32,000 nucleotides of DNA from Candidatus Methylomirabilis limnetica (GCF_003044035.1 NZ_NVQC01000010.1:1-32000); one strand, 5' to 3'; shown: positions 18,160 to 27,280, counted from the stretch's first letter. The notes: generated by a model from the sequence alone, not told the origin. Made by a program: numbers and translations.

Positions 18160-19167
18160 ATGCGCATCGGCCCTCACAAGCTCAAAAACAACCTGATTGT
18201 CGCCCCCATGGCTGGCGTGACGGATCGGCCTTTCCGCATGTTGTGCAGGAGCATGGGCGCAGGCATGGCGGTTAGCGAAATGGTGGCCTCCAACTCGCTG
18301 CTGTATGGTTCGGAAAAAACTAAACGGCGTACCAATCATGATGGCGAGGCCGATCCGATCTCGGTGCAGCTCCTCGGCGCTGATCCGAAAATGCTGGCAC
18401 AGGCCGCCCGTTACAACGTGGATGCGGGCGCGCAAATCATCGACATCAATATGGGCTGCCCGGCGAAAAAGATTTGCCATGTTATGGCCGGTTCCGCGCT
18501 GTTGCGGAATGAGGCGCTGGTGGCACAAATACTTGAAACGGTGGTAGCGGCGGTGAGCGTACCGGTTACCTTGAAAATACGCACCGGATGGGATACGAAA
18601 AATCGCAATGCGGTGCGCATCGCGCAGATCGCCGAAATCAGCGGTATCCAGGCGCTTGCCATTCATGGCCGCACCCGCGCTTGCGCCTACACCGGTGAGG
18701 CGGAATATGACACCATCGCGGCAGTGAAAGCCAGCGTGAAGATTCCCGTCATCGCCAACGGCGACATCACCACCCCGGAGAAAGCCCACTATGTGTTGGA
18801 GTACACCGGTGCGGATGCCGTGATGATAGGCCGAGCCGCACAGGGCCGCCCGTGGCTGTTCCGCGAAATCGCTCATTTTCTAGAGACCGGTGTGCGCCTG
18901 CCCGCGCCACAAGTGGATGAAATTCAGCGCGTGCTGCTCAATCACCTGCACGGCCTGTACGATTTGTACGGTGAACGTACCGGCTTGCGTGTGGCGCGCA
19001 AACACATCTCCTGGTACACCAAAGGGCTGGCCGACTCGGCGCAGTTCCGCCACTACATGAATCAACTGGAAAGCATTGCGGAACAATTGATAGCAGTAAA
19101 TGATTTCTTTGCTGGGCAGTTGCAGCGCGGGGAACGCCTGCACTATGCCGAGGAACTGGCTGCATAA
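18160..19167 (+). CDS. dusB: tRNA-dihydrouridine synthase B
   Basis: APMAGVTDRPFR, IDINMGCPAKK, TLKIRTGW, HGRTRAC, IANGDI, MIGRAAQGRPW and a C-terminal helical domain (ARKHISWY). Strongly resembles proteobacterial DusB from memory. Confidence 0.9.
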   Translation: MRIGPHKLKNNLIVAPMAGVTDRPFRMLCRSMGAGMAVSEMVASNSLLYGSEKTKRRTNHDGEADPISVQLLGADPKMLAQAARYNVDAGAQIIDINMGCPAKKICHVMAGSALLRNEALVAQILETVVAAVSVPVTLKIRTGWDTKNRNAVRIAQIAEISGIQALAIHGRTRACAYTGEAEYDTIAAVKASVKIPVIANGDITTPEKAHYVLEYTGADAVMIGRAAQGRPWLFREIAHFLETGVRLPAPQVDEIQRVLLNHLHGLYDLYGERTGLRVARKHISWYTKGLADSAQFRHYMNQLESIAEQLIAVNDFFAGQLQRGERLHYAEELAA

Positions 19168-19168
19168 G

Positions 19169-19357
19169 ATGATGTCCATAATCGAACAGGAAAAAAAGGA
19201 CTGCTGGTCCTGTGCGTATCAGAATATCTTACTCCAGACAACCTTGTTAGGTATTTGTACCTGGTTTGAGAAAAACAACAAGGGCCAAAACAAAGAAATA
19301 CCTGCCGATCTAGTGGATAAAGGGTGCAAGCAGTGGATAAGGAAAACGGATCGGTAA
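19169..19357 (+). CDS. Hypothetical 62-aa four-cysteine protein
   Basis: The ATG lies 1 nt after the dusB stop. Sequence: MMSIIEQEKKDCWSCAYQNILLQTTLLGICTWFEKNNKGQNKEIPADLVDKGCKQWIRKTDR (CxxC plus two more Cys). The stretch is AT-rich, I recognise no family, and it could be non-coding. Confidence 0.3.
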   Translation: MMSIIEQEKKDCWSCAYQNILLQTTLLGICTWFEKNNKGQNKEIPADLVDKGCKQWIRKTDR

Positions 19358-19380
19358 ACAACGTGAATAGTGTGAAGAAA

Positions 19381-19551
19381 ATTAGTAATCACGAGGTAGA
19401 TAGACTGTAGGAACGCGCACGGATGAGCCAGGCGTTTCCTAATGTGACGCGAAAATAATGGAGACCGAAAAGGTTCCGGGCGCCTTGATTCGGTCCATGC
19501 GTAATGACTAACAGCCTTCAGCCTACAGCCTAAACACCTTGTAGTTATAAC
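19381..19551 (+). repeat. S-cassette copy 3 (diverged)
   Basis: Left arm AGGTAGATAGACTGTAGG (19395-19412; compare copy 1 AGGTAGATAGGCTGAAGG). Right arm CAGCCTTCAGCCTACAGCCTAAACACCTTGTAGTTATA (19512-19549). The internal 57 nt module aligns without gaps to copy 1 at about 60% identity. Confidence 0.7.
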
Positions 19552-19567
19552 AAACCAAGGACGGTCG

Positions 19568-21913
19568 ATGCTACCTTCTCTCCAACTGATCAAATCGCCT
19601 ATGCTTCAAACCATCGAACACCGCATCGCCACCGAGCTCGGGGTCAAGCCCGCCCAAGTCATTGCCACGGTTCAATTGCTCGAGGAGGGTGCCACCGTTC
19701 CCTTTATAGCCCGCTATCGCAAGGAAATCACCGGCGAGCTCGACGACATCCAACTGCGGTTGCTTGAGGAACGACTGACCTATCTGCGCGAACTCGAAGA
19801 GCGCCGTGCGACAGTGCTTGCGTCCATAGAGGAGCAGGGCAAGCTGACTGCCGAGTTGAAAGCCGGGATCGATGGTGCCGAGACCAAACAGCGCCTCGAA
19901 GACCTCTACTTGCCCTATAAATCCAAACGACGCACCAAGGCCCAGATTGCTCGAGAGGCAGGTCTAGAGCCCTTGGCCGATGCCCTGTTAGGCGATGCAA
20001 CACTAGTTCCGGAGATTGAAGCCGCAAAATATGTTCGAACTGACATTGAACCGCCGGAGCAGTGTGTACAGGATGTCAAGGTCGCGCTCGATGGGGCGCG
20101 CCAGATCCTGATGGAACGGTTCTCTGAGGATGCCAGGCTGCTTGACGGGCTGCGTCATTACCTGTCCGATAATGCACTGATCGTCTCCAGGGTGGCCGAG
20201 GGCAAGGAGACAGAAGGCGCCAAGTTCCGCGACTGGTTCGATTTCCGTGAACCAATCAAAAGCGCTCCATCGCACCGGGTTCTGGCAATGTTGCGAGGCC
20301 GCAACGAGGAGATCCTGCGTTTGGCGCTGAAGACCGAACCTGAACTTGAAGAGCCGCCGCGTGCCTCGCCCTGCGAAGCCATGATTGCAGGCCATTTCGG
20401 CATCGCCGACAAAGGACGCCCGGCGGACAAGTGGTTGCTGGACTCGGCGCGCTCGGCCTGGATGGTCAAGCTCTCGCTGCACCTCAAGCTTGAACTGATG
20501 AACCAGATGCGGGAACGTGCCGAGGAAGAAGCCATCCGGGTCTTCGCCCGCAACCTTCACGATCTGCTGCTCGCGGCACCGGCCGGACCGCGCATCACTA
20601 TCGGTCTTGATCCAGGGATTCGCACCGGAGTCAAAGTCGCTGTCATAGACAAGACCGGAAAACTCGTCGACACCTCCACGATCTACCCTCACGAACCGCG
20701 CCGGGACTGGGAAGGTGCGCTTGCTACTATTCGCCAGTTGGCTCAAAAGCACGGTGCAGAGTTGATCGCCATCGGCAACGGCACAGCCAGCCGGGAAACC
20801 GACAAGCTCGCCGCCGATCTCATCAAGCGCCACCCCGAATTGACACTGGCCAAGGTGGTGGTATCGGAGGCAGGGGCCTCCGTGTATTCAGCCTCCGAAC
20901 TGGCCTCGAAGGAATTCCCCGATATAGACGTCTCATTGCGGGGTGCAGTTTCCATCGCGCGCCGTCTGCAGGACCCCTTGGCAGAACTGGTCAAGATCGA
21001 CCCGAAGAGCATCGGTGTCGGCCAGTATCAACACGATGTGAATCAGGGCAAACTGGCAAAGTCGCTCGGCGCAGTGATCGAGGACTGCGTTAACTCGGTC
21101 GGCGTCGACGTCAATACCGCATCCGTGCCGCTACTGACTCGCATCTCCGGTCTCACCCCGACACTTGCCGGTAACATCGTCAGCTACCGCGATCAGCATG
21201 GCGCCTTCAAGAGCCGCAAGCAGTTGCTGCTTGTCCCCCGCCTGGGCGATAAAACATTCGAACTGGCTGCCGGTTTCTTGCGCATCAACAATAGTGACAA
21301 CCCGCTCGACGCCTCGGCTGTGCATCCAGAAGCCTATCCCGTCGTCGAGCGAATTCTCGCCGACATCAGAAAGGGCATCCGTGAAGTGATCGGCGACAGC
21401 AAGGCCGTGCGCGCCCTCAAACCCGAGAAATACACCGATGATAAATTCGGCCTGCCCACAGTACAGGACATTCTCAAGGAACTCGAAAAACCAGGTCGCG
21501 ATCCACGACCTGAGTTCAAGGCCGCCACATTCCGCGAAGGGGTTGAAAATCTCAAAGACCTTGAGCCCGGGATGATGTTGGAAGGCAGCGTCACCAATGT
21601 CACCAATTTCGGCGCCTTTGTCGATATCGGCGTACATCAGGATGGCCTCGTCCATATCTCAGCGCTTGCCAATAAGTTTGTCAAAGACCCGCACAGTATC
21701 GTCAAGGCTGGCGACGTCGTGAAGGTCAAAGTGTTGGAGGTCGATATCGCACGCAAGCGCATTGCCCTGACCATGCGCCTGTCGGACGAAGTCACAGCGA
21801 GGATTGACGGCACCATTGCGCATCGAGTAGGCAAAGCCTCGCGACCGAAACCAGATGCAGTACAACAAAGCGGTGCGATGGCAGCGGCTTTCGCGAAGTT
21901 GAATCAGTCATAA
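19568..21913 (+). CDS. tex: Tex-like transcription accessory protein (S1 domain)
   Basis: [13 protein letters not shown], YqgF/RuvX-like core ([26 protein letters not shown]), HhH region ([15 protein letters not shown]), C-terminal S1 domain ([26 protein letters not shown]). ATG 19568 has an AAGGA RBS. ATG 19601 is an alternative. Confidence 0.92.
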   Translation: MLPSLQLIKSPMLQTIEHRIATELGVKPAQVIATVQLLEEGATVPFIARYRKEITGELDDIQLRLLEERLTYLRELEERRATVLASIEEQGKLTAELKAGIDGAETKQRLEDLYLPYKSKRRTKAQIAREAGLEPLADALLGDATLVPEIEAAKYVRTDIEPPEQCVQDVKVALDGARQILMERFSEDARLLDGLRHYLSDNALIVSRVAEGKETEGAKFRDWFDFREPIKSAPSHRVLAMLRGRNEEILRLALKTEPELEEPPRASPCEAMIAGHFGIADKGRPADKWLLDSARSAWMVKLSLHLKLELMNQMRERAEEEAIRVFARNLHDLLLAAPAGPRITIGLDPGIRTGVKVAVIDKTGKLVDTSTIYPHEPRRDWEGALATIRQLAQKHGAELIAIGNGTASRETDKLAADLIKRHPELTLAKVVVSEAGASVYSASELASKEFPDIDVSLRGAVSIARRLQDPLAELVKIDPKSIGVGQYQHDVNQGKLAKSLGAVIEDCVNSVGVDVNTASVPLLTRISGLTPTLAGNIVSYRDQHGAFKSRKQLLLVPRLGDKTFELAAGFLRINNSDNPLDASAVHPEAYPVVERILADIRKGIREVIGDSKAVRALKPEKYTDDKFGLPTVQDILKELEKPGRDPRPEFKAATFREGVENLKDLEPGMMLEGSVTNVTNFGAFVDIGVHQDGLVHISALANKFVKDPHSIVKAGDVVKVKVLEVDIARKRIALTMRLSDEVTARIDGTIAHRVGKASRPKPDAVQQSGAMAAAFAKLNQS

Positions 21914-22014
21914 TGGGTGGGGCCGGAATCTTCCGCATGCCTGGAAGTACCAATCGACTGCAGCGTCGCGCAATCCGACCCCGTAATAATACGTGGGACA
22001 AGTGAGACACCGCG

Positions 22015-23097
22015 ATGCCCGTGACGCAGGCTATTCTCGTTCGCCGACCGAGTGATTTGACGGTCGCCTGGGCGCAACGCATCGTTTCGCAACATGCTGC
22101 CGACGCCACCGTATCTGAGGTCAATGTCCTGTCCGTTGATATCGGGACGACCACCCGGGTACGCGTCGCGGTTGAACACAATGGGCCGGAAGCGTTGCCC
22201 CGTCGTTGGTTCGTGAAGCTGCCGTCGCGGTCTTGGCGAGCATGGTGCATCACGGCGTTACCTCGCCTCCTCCAGACGGAAGTGCGTTTCTATCAAGAAA
22301 CAACGCAGGCTGTCCCGGTACTTCAGCCCACCGTCTTAGCGGCGCAGAGCCAATGCGGACGGGGTACGACACTGGTCCTTGCCGACGTGACAGAGCATGG
22401 CGCTATCCCCGGCGCTCCCGGGGATGCTTTGACGGCGGAGCAAGCGGCCCTGGTGGTCGAACAACTGGCCCGACTCCACGCGCAGTTTTGGCAGAAAGCT
22501 AGCCTCGACCATGAATATCGCTGGATGGCTGGTCCTGTCCGGCGCTGGGAAGATCGGCTGGGAACAGCCATGGCAGTGCCATTGATGCAACGGGGGTTAC
22601 GGCGTGCCGGGAGCGCCGTTCCCATAGCGCTCCACGCCCCCGCTACGCACTATGCGCGCCGGCGTTGCCACGTGATGCGTGTGCTTGCAGACGGCCCACG
22701 CACCCTCGTCCATCACGATGTACATCCCGGCAATCTCTTCTGGCAGCAGTCCCAACCAGGACTCCTCGACTGGCAGCTCGTCCGCATTGGTGAGGGGATT
22801 GGCGATGTCGCGTACTTCCTGGCCACCGCGCTCACACCCGAAATCCGGCGGACGTGCGAAGCGCGCATCCTCGCACGGTATCAACAAGTCCTTGCGGACC
22901 ATCAGATCGCGGCTCTCGATTCCACAACGCTGCGGCAAAGATATCGCGCCCATCTCCTCTATCCCTTCGAAGCCATGGTGGTGACGCTTGCGGTCGGTGA
23001 CATGATGCCCCTGGAGAGCAATCTCGAACTCATCCGCCGAGCGGCCGCGGCGATTGAGGATCACGACGCCTTTGCGGTCATACCGGCAGGAAAGTAA
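22015..23097 (+). CDS. APH/ecdysteroid-kinase-like phosphotransferase family protein
   Basis: Catalytic loop LVHHDVHPGNLF (HxDxxxxN) and LLDWQLVRIGEGIGDVAYFL (metal-binding D). About 360 aa. Substrate unknown. Confidence 0.7.
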   Translation: MPVTQAILVRRPSDLTVAWAQRIVSQHAADATVSEVNVLSVDIGTTTRVRVAVEHNGPEALPRRWFVKLPSRSWRAWCITALPRLLQTEVRFYQETTQAVPVLQPTVLAAQSQCGRGTTLVLADVTEHGAIPGAPGDALTAEQAALVVEQLARLHAQFWQKASLDHEYRWMAGPVRRWEDRLGTAMAVPLMQRGLRRAGSAVPIALHAPATHYARRRCHVMRVLADGPRTLVHHDVHPGNLFWQQSQPGLLDWQLVRIGEGIGDVAYFLATALTPEIRRTCEARILARYQQVLADHQIAALDSTTLRQRYRAHLLYPFEAMVVTLAVGDMMPLESNLELIRRAAAAIEDHDAFAVIPAGK

Positions 23098-23140
23098 GGC
23101 AAACCCTAATGTCAAGATAGAAAAAGGTAGTAGTGAGCCT

Positions 23141-23287
23141 GTAGGTCGGGTTAGCGCAGCGTAACCCGACGAAGCACATGCTGGAATGTATCCAGCGGAG
23201 TGGGGACAGGGTGCGATAGAAATCGAGGGGGTGGGATTTGAGGGATGGAATAGGATTGTCGGGTTATGCTACGCTAACCCGACCTAC
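23141..23287. repeat. Inverted pair of 30 nt hairpin repeats flanking an 87 nt spacer
   Basis: GTAGGTCGGGTTAGCGCAGCGTAACCCGAC (23141-23170) and its near-exact reverse complement GTCGGGTTATGCTACGCTAACCCGACCTAC (23258-23287). Each copy is itself a hairpin (GTCGGGTTA...TAACCCGAC). Confidence 0.8.
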
Positions 23288-23361
23288 TTACCGTCGGCGC
23301 ATACTTTACGCTCGTGTGGGTCTTGGAGCGTTTCGGTGTGAGTCTGTAGGGTCACGCCCAA

Positions 23362-24438
23362 TCAGACATTGAAGCGGATGGTCATGATATCGCCGTCAGC
23401 CACGAGGTACTCTTTTCCCTCAAGGCGTAGCAGTCCTTGGTTTCGGGCCGTTGCCAGCGACCCACAGCGGTCGAGCGCCTCGTAGGCCACCACCTCTGCT
23501 CTGATGAAGCCATGCTCCAGGTCGCTATGGATGGCCCCGGCCGCCTGCATCGCCGTCGAGCCGTGAGGGATCATCCAGGCCCGCACCTCATCGCTGCCTA
23601 CGGTAAAGAACGTCGTGAGACCAAGGAGGTCATAGCAGGCCTGGCGCAGCCGTGGCGCCGCGGAAGCCCCAAGGCCAAGCTCGGCACAGAAGGCGCTCGC
23701 TTCATCAGGGGGCAGGTCCGCCAACTCCAGTTCCAGTTTGGCGGATATGGCCATTGGGGCTGACTGAGAGGCCCCCATCGCCGGTAGGGCCTTCAGGCCG
23801 TCGGGCCCTCCATCAGCCTCTTCACCGGTGTTGACCACCAGAAGGCTCGGCTTGGCCATAAGGAACTGAAAGCCGCGAAGCAAGCGCTCATCTTCAGCGG
23901 TCAGTGCCATCCCGCGCAGGGGCTTTTCCTCCTGCAGTGCTGCGTAACATCGTTTCAAGAGGGCCAGCTCCTGAGGACTCTCGCCCTTCTTCCCCTTTCG
24001 CATCGCCTCTTCGATCTTGGCGATTCGCTTCTCTACCACATCCAGATCGGCCAGGATCAGTTCAGCCTGTAGTGTGTCCGCATCCTTGGCCGGATCGACG
24101 CGCCCTTCGATGTGGGGGACCCGCTCGTCCTCAAAGGCCCGAACGACCATGAGCAGGGTAGTGGTCTGCCGCATCTGAGGGAGGAGCTGTCCACCAGGGC
24201 TCGTGGGTTTGCCGGATTCTTTCACGAGCGGGGCGAAGTCCACGAGCTCGAAGCTGGCAGGTGTGAGCTTTTTTGGCTTGAACATAAGAGCCAGCCGATC
24301 GAGACGGGGATCGGGGACCTTGACGACGGAGATCGAGGCCTCCAACTGGCCCGCATGGTGGCTTGGCTGGCCGTGGGTCAGCAGTTGGTAAACGGTGCTC
24401 TTGCCGGAGGCCGGCAGTCCAATGATACCGATGCGCAT
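23362..24438 (-). CDS. ychF: YchF/OLA1-like P-loop NTPase, divergent
   Basis: MRIGIIGLPASGKST P-loop, central coiled-coil insert, C-terminal TGS/DUF933 region (FFTVGSDEVRAWMIPHGSTAMQAAGAIHSDLEHGFIRAEV...DGDIMTIRFNV). ATG 24438 has an AGGAGA RBS. The ORF is open to 24465. Confidence 0.8.
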   Translation of the reverse strand: MRIGIIGLPASGKSTVYQLLTHGQPSHHAGQLEASISVVKVPDPRLDRLALMFKPKKLTPASFELVDFAPLVKESGKPTSPGGQLLPQMRQTTTLLMVVRAFEDERVPHIEGRVDPAKDADTLQAELILADLDVVEKRIAKIEEAMRKGKKGESPQELALLKRCYAALQEEKPLRGMALTAEDERLLRGFQFLMAKPSLLVVNTGEEADGGPDGLKALPAMGASQSAPMAISAKLELELADLPPDEASAFCAELGLGASAAPRLRQACYDLLGLTTFFTVGSDEVRAWMIPHGSTAMQAAGAIHSDLEHGFIRAEVVAYEALDRCGSLATARNQGLLRLEGKEYLVADGDIMTIRFNV

Positions 24439-24551
24439 CTGCTCTATCTCCTGATTATGGTCCACCTCGTAGGCCGCTCATACGGCGTTGTCACAGTATC
24501 ACAGGCTCAGGGTACGCGCCACCGAAACCGGCCTGGCCTCGTGCTTTTGAA

Positions 24552-24579
24552 TTGAAATATTCCCGACCTGTGGTAAGCT
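24552..24579 (+). promoter_or_regulatory. Candidate extended -10 promoter for the exonuclease/mtaB operon
   Basis: TTGAAA, a 16 nt spacer, then TGgTAAGCT. The -10 element ends 9 nt before ATG 24589 and no SD is visible, so the mRNA may be leaderless. Motif match only. Confidence 0.25.
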
Positions 24580-24588
24580 CAACTTCCA

Positions 24589-25077
24589 ATGAAGGCCTAC
24601 CTGGATATCGAAACCTCGTTCGATGGCGCCATTACGGTGGTAGGCTTGTATGCTGCCGACCGAGGGCTGATTCAGTTGGTCGGTACAAAGATCAGCGATG
24701 TCACAGTCTGGCAGGCGCTTGAAGGCGTGGATACGGTCTGTACGTATAACGGCAGCCGCTTCGACCTTCCGGTGATCCGCCGCCGTCTTGGCCTCGACCT
24801 GCGCGCGACGCTTCAATCCCACGACCTGATGTATACGTGCTGGCGACATCGCCTGTTCGGCGGGCTGAAACGGGTAGAGGAGCAGCTCAGTATCCCCCGG
24901 CGTTCGAAGGGGGTCGATGGCATTGAAGCGATGCGGCTATGGTCCAGATATGAGGATGGCGGTGATGAGGAGGCGCTACAGGTGCTCCTCACCTACAACG
25001 GCGAGGATGTTTTGAACCTCCCGGTCCTCGAAGCACGGCTAGTGGAGCTCGAAAGCACGTATGCGCGTCGCGATTAA
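24589..25077 (+). CDS. RNase H-like (YprB/DEDD-type) exonuclease domain protein
   Basis: YLDIETS near the N-terminus, TYNGSRFDLPVI and TYNGEDVLNL match the RNase_H_2/YprB-type pattern. 162 aa single domain. Confidence 0.65.
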   Translation: MKAYLDIETSFDGAITVVGLYAADRGLIQLVGTKISDVTVWQALEGVDTVCTYNGSRFDLPVIRRRLGLDLRATLQSHDLMYTCWRHRLFGGLKRVEEQLSIPRRSKGVDGIEAMRLWSRYEDGGDEEALQVLLTYNGEDVLNLPVLEARLVELESTYARRD

Positions 25078-26404
25078 GACCCTGGGGTGCCGGCAGAATC
25101 AATCTGAGAGCGATGCCCTCCAGGAGTCGCTACGGCGGGATGGACACACGGCGGTTGGCCCTGACGAAGCGGCCGATCTTTTCATCATCAACACCTGTGC
25201 CGTGACGCAGGAAGCCGATGCCGACTCGCGACAGATGATCCGGCGAGCGATCCGCCACAACCCGTTGGCCCGTGTGGTCGTTACGGGGTGCTATGCCCAG
25301 GTGGCTTCCGGGGCAGTTGCCGCAATCCCCGGTGTGGACTTGGTTGCAGGTAATGGCGAGAAGGCACAATTGCCTGCGCTAATATCGGGCCTGGGCGACC
25401 GGAGGCCGCCGCTCATTGCCGTCGGCGACATACAGCGGGTAAGCCGCTTTACCGCGCTTCCACCACCGATTGGTGCAGCACGGAGCCGGGCGCTGCTCAA
25501 GATCCAGGATGGGTGCAACTATCGGTGCACCTTCTGTATCGTACCAGAGACCCGCGGGCCGAGCCGGAGTCAGACGAACGATGCCGCAATGCGAGACTTG
25601 CGGGCCCTCGTGGATGCCGGGTATCCCGAGGTGGTCCTGACCGGGACTCACCTGGGCACGTACGGGCGCGACCTGCCGATCGGCAGTTCAATTGCCGGAT
25701 TAGTCGCTCGGATGCTGGAGGTGGCGGCGCCCGCGAGGTTGCGTCTGAGCTCGCTCGATCCGCATGAGGTGGGGGAGGATCTGGTCGCCCTCTTTGATCG
25801 CTTCGGAAACCTTTGCCGTCATCTGCACCTGCCACTGCAGAGCGGCGATGAGGCTGTCCTGAAGCGCATGCGACGCCCGCACACGGCCGACGATTTTCGC
25901 CGGCTGGTAGAGCGGCTTGCGGAGGCGGTCCCCGGGATCGCCATCGGGACAGATATCATTGTCGGTTTTCCTGACGAGGGGGACGCAGAGTTTGAGAACA
26001 CCTACCGGCTGCTCGACCGTCTGCCGATTGCCTATCTTCACGTGTTCAGCTACTCACAGCGGAAAGGAACCGTCGCTGCCTCAATGCCGAACCATGTTCC
26101 TAAAAGCGTGAGGGCAACCAGGAGCGCTGCTATCCGGGCGCTGAGCGAAGCGAAGTGGCAGAAGTTTCGACAGACACAGGTCGGGCAGTTGTTCACGGCT
26201 GTCGTCCTGGACAGGCGGGATGCGCGACCCGGGCGGATCGAGGCGCTGACCGACAATTATATCACGGTGGGAATCCAGGATGCTGAGGGGTACATCGGTC
26301 GCACGGTCGATCTGAGCATCGAGGCGGTGACCGAACGGGAGACCGTTGGGCGCCTGCGCGCGCGATGTGCCGATGATTTCATACCTACGCCGGAGGGAAA
26401 ATGA
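25061..26404 (+). CDS. mtaB: tRNA methylthiotransferase, MtaB-like (radical SAM, UPF0004 + TRAM)
   Basis: N-terminal MTTase domain (KTLGCRQNQSESD, NTCAVT), radical SAM CNYRCTFC, C-terminal TRAM-like region. The single-domain order and length fit MtaB better than MiaB or RimO, but this is not certain. Confidence 0.8.
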   Translation: MRVAIKTLGCRQNQSESDALQESLRRDGHTAVGPDEAADLFIINTCAVTQEADADSRQMIRRAIRHNPLARVVVTGCYAQVASGAVAAIPGVDLVAGNGEKAQLPALISGLGDRRPPLIAVGDIQRVSRFTALPPPIGAARSRALLKIQDGCNYRCTFCIVPETRGPSRSQTNDAAMRDLRALVDAGYPEVVLTGTHLGTYGRDLPIGSSIAGLVARMLEVAAPARLRLSSLDPHEVGEDLVALFDRFGNLCRHLHLPLQSGDEAVLKRMRRPHTADDFRRLVERLAEAVPGIAIGTDIIVGFPDEGDAEFENTYRLLDRLPIAYLHVFSYSQRKGTVAASMPNHVPKSVRATRSAAIRALSEAKWQKFRQTQVGQLFTAVVLDRRDARPGRIEALTDNYITVGIQDAEGYIGRTVDLSIEAVTERETVGRLRARCADDFIPTPEGK

Positions 26405-27267
26405 GCCAGGGGCTGATCGGTATCATCGGCGGAAGCGGGTTGTACGAAATGGAGGGACTCGATCGGGTTGAGGAGCGGCGCATCGAAACCCCCTTTGGGG
26501 CGCCGTCAGATGCCTACATTATCGGGTCCCTGGCAGGGCGACGGGTGGCGTTTCTCGCGCGGCACGGACGCAGCCATAGCCTGATGCCGTCCGAGCTGAA
26601 TTTCCGCGCAAACATCTTCGGGTTCAAGCTCCTGGGCGCGGAGTGGGTAATCTCCGCCTCGGCGGTGGGCAGCATGCGCGAGGATCTCCCGCCTCTGGAC
26701 ATTGTCATTCCAGATCAGTTCTTCGATCGAACGAAGGGGCGGGTCAGCACCTTCTTCGGGGGCGGCCTCGTAGCCCATGTGAGCTTCGCCGATCCGACGT
26801 GTCCGATCCTGGGAAAGTCGCTGTTCGCCGCCGGGCAGTCGGTCGGGGCCAGAATACATCGCGGTGGCACGTACCTGTGCATCGAGGGGCCGCAGTTCTC
26901 GACCAGGGCCGAGTCGCGGATCTATCGAAGTTGGGGCGTGGATGTCATCGGGATGACGAATCTGCAAGAGGCGAAGCTCTGCCGCGAGGCCGAGATCTGC
27001 TATGCGACGCTGGCCCTGGTGACCGATTATGATGTCTGGCACGAGACAGAGCAGGATGTGTCGGTGGAGGCGGTAGTGGCTATCCTCAAGCAAAACGCCG
27101 AGACCGCCAAGGCCATCATCAAGACCACGGTGTCGTCGTTTCCGGCCGGCAGGGAAGGCTGCGCGTGCGGGAGCGCGATGCAGGATGCGATCATCACCGC
27201 TCGCGACGCCATCCCAGCCGATGTGCGCGAGCGACTGCGGCCGATCATTGGGAAGTATGTTCAGTAA
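26401..27267 (+). CDS. mtnP: S-methyl-5'-thioadenosine phosphorylase
   Basis: IGIIGGSGLY, FLARHG, ANIFGFKLLG, VIGMTNLQEAKLCREAE, YATLALVTDYD. The ATG overlaps the mtaB stop (ATGA). Confidence 0.88.
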   Translation: MSQGLIGIIGGSGLYEMEGLDRVEERRIETPFGAPSDAYIIGSLAGRRVAFLARHGRSHSLMPSELNFRANIFGFKLLGAEWVISASAVGSMREDLPPLDIVIPDQFFDRTKGRVSTFFGGGLVAHVSFADPTCPILGKSLFAAGQSVGARIHRGGTYLCIEGPQFSTRAESRIYRSWGVDVIGMTNLQEAKLCREAEICYATLALVTDYDVWHETEQDVSVEAVVAILKQNAETAKAIIKTTVSSFPAGREGCACGSAMQDAIITARDAIPADVRERLRPIIGKYVQ

Positions 27268-27280
27268 CGTGAGAAGTGTA

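Noticed and set aside
18109-18876. 255-aa minus-strand ORF opposite dusB (similar cases at 20003-20833 opposite tex and 15770-16396 opposite gltX)
   Set aside because: These are antisense to genes with clear family signatures, with no motifs of their own. They are shadow ORFs.
19312-19340. Two DnaA-box-like 9-mers (AGTGGATAA, 8/9 match to TGTGGATAA) 20 nt apart in an AT-rich stretch, suggesting a replication origin
   Set aside because: Only two imperfect boxes are present, with no dnaA, dnaN or gidA context and no clear DNA-unwinding element. They are part of a 12 nt direct repeat within a possible small ORF. The evidence is insufficient for oriC.
19168-19560. fis gene expected downstream of dusB
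   Set aside because: No frame encodes a Fis-like sequence, and a C-terminal HTH such as GINRGTLRKKLKKYG is absent. The region holds only the small Cys ORF and an S-cassette.
18018-23360. Integrase gene or att direct repeat delimiting a tRNA-Gln island
   Set aside because: Reading both strands, I found no tyrosine or serine recombinase-like ORF and no copy of the tRNA 3' end (GGTTCGAATCCTTGCCCCCCAGCCA) near the right boundary. The segment is not called a bona fide integrative element.
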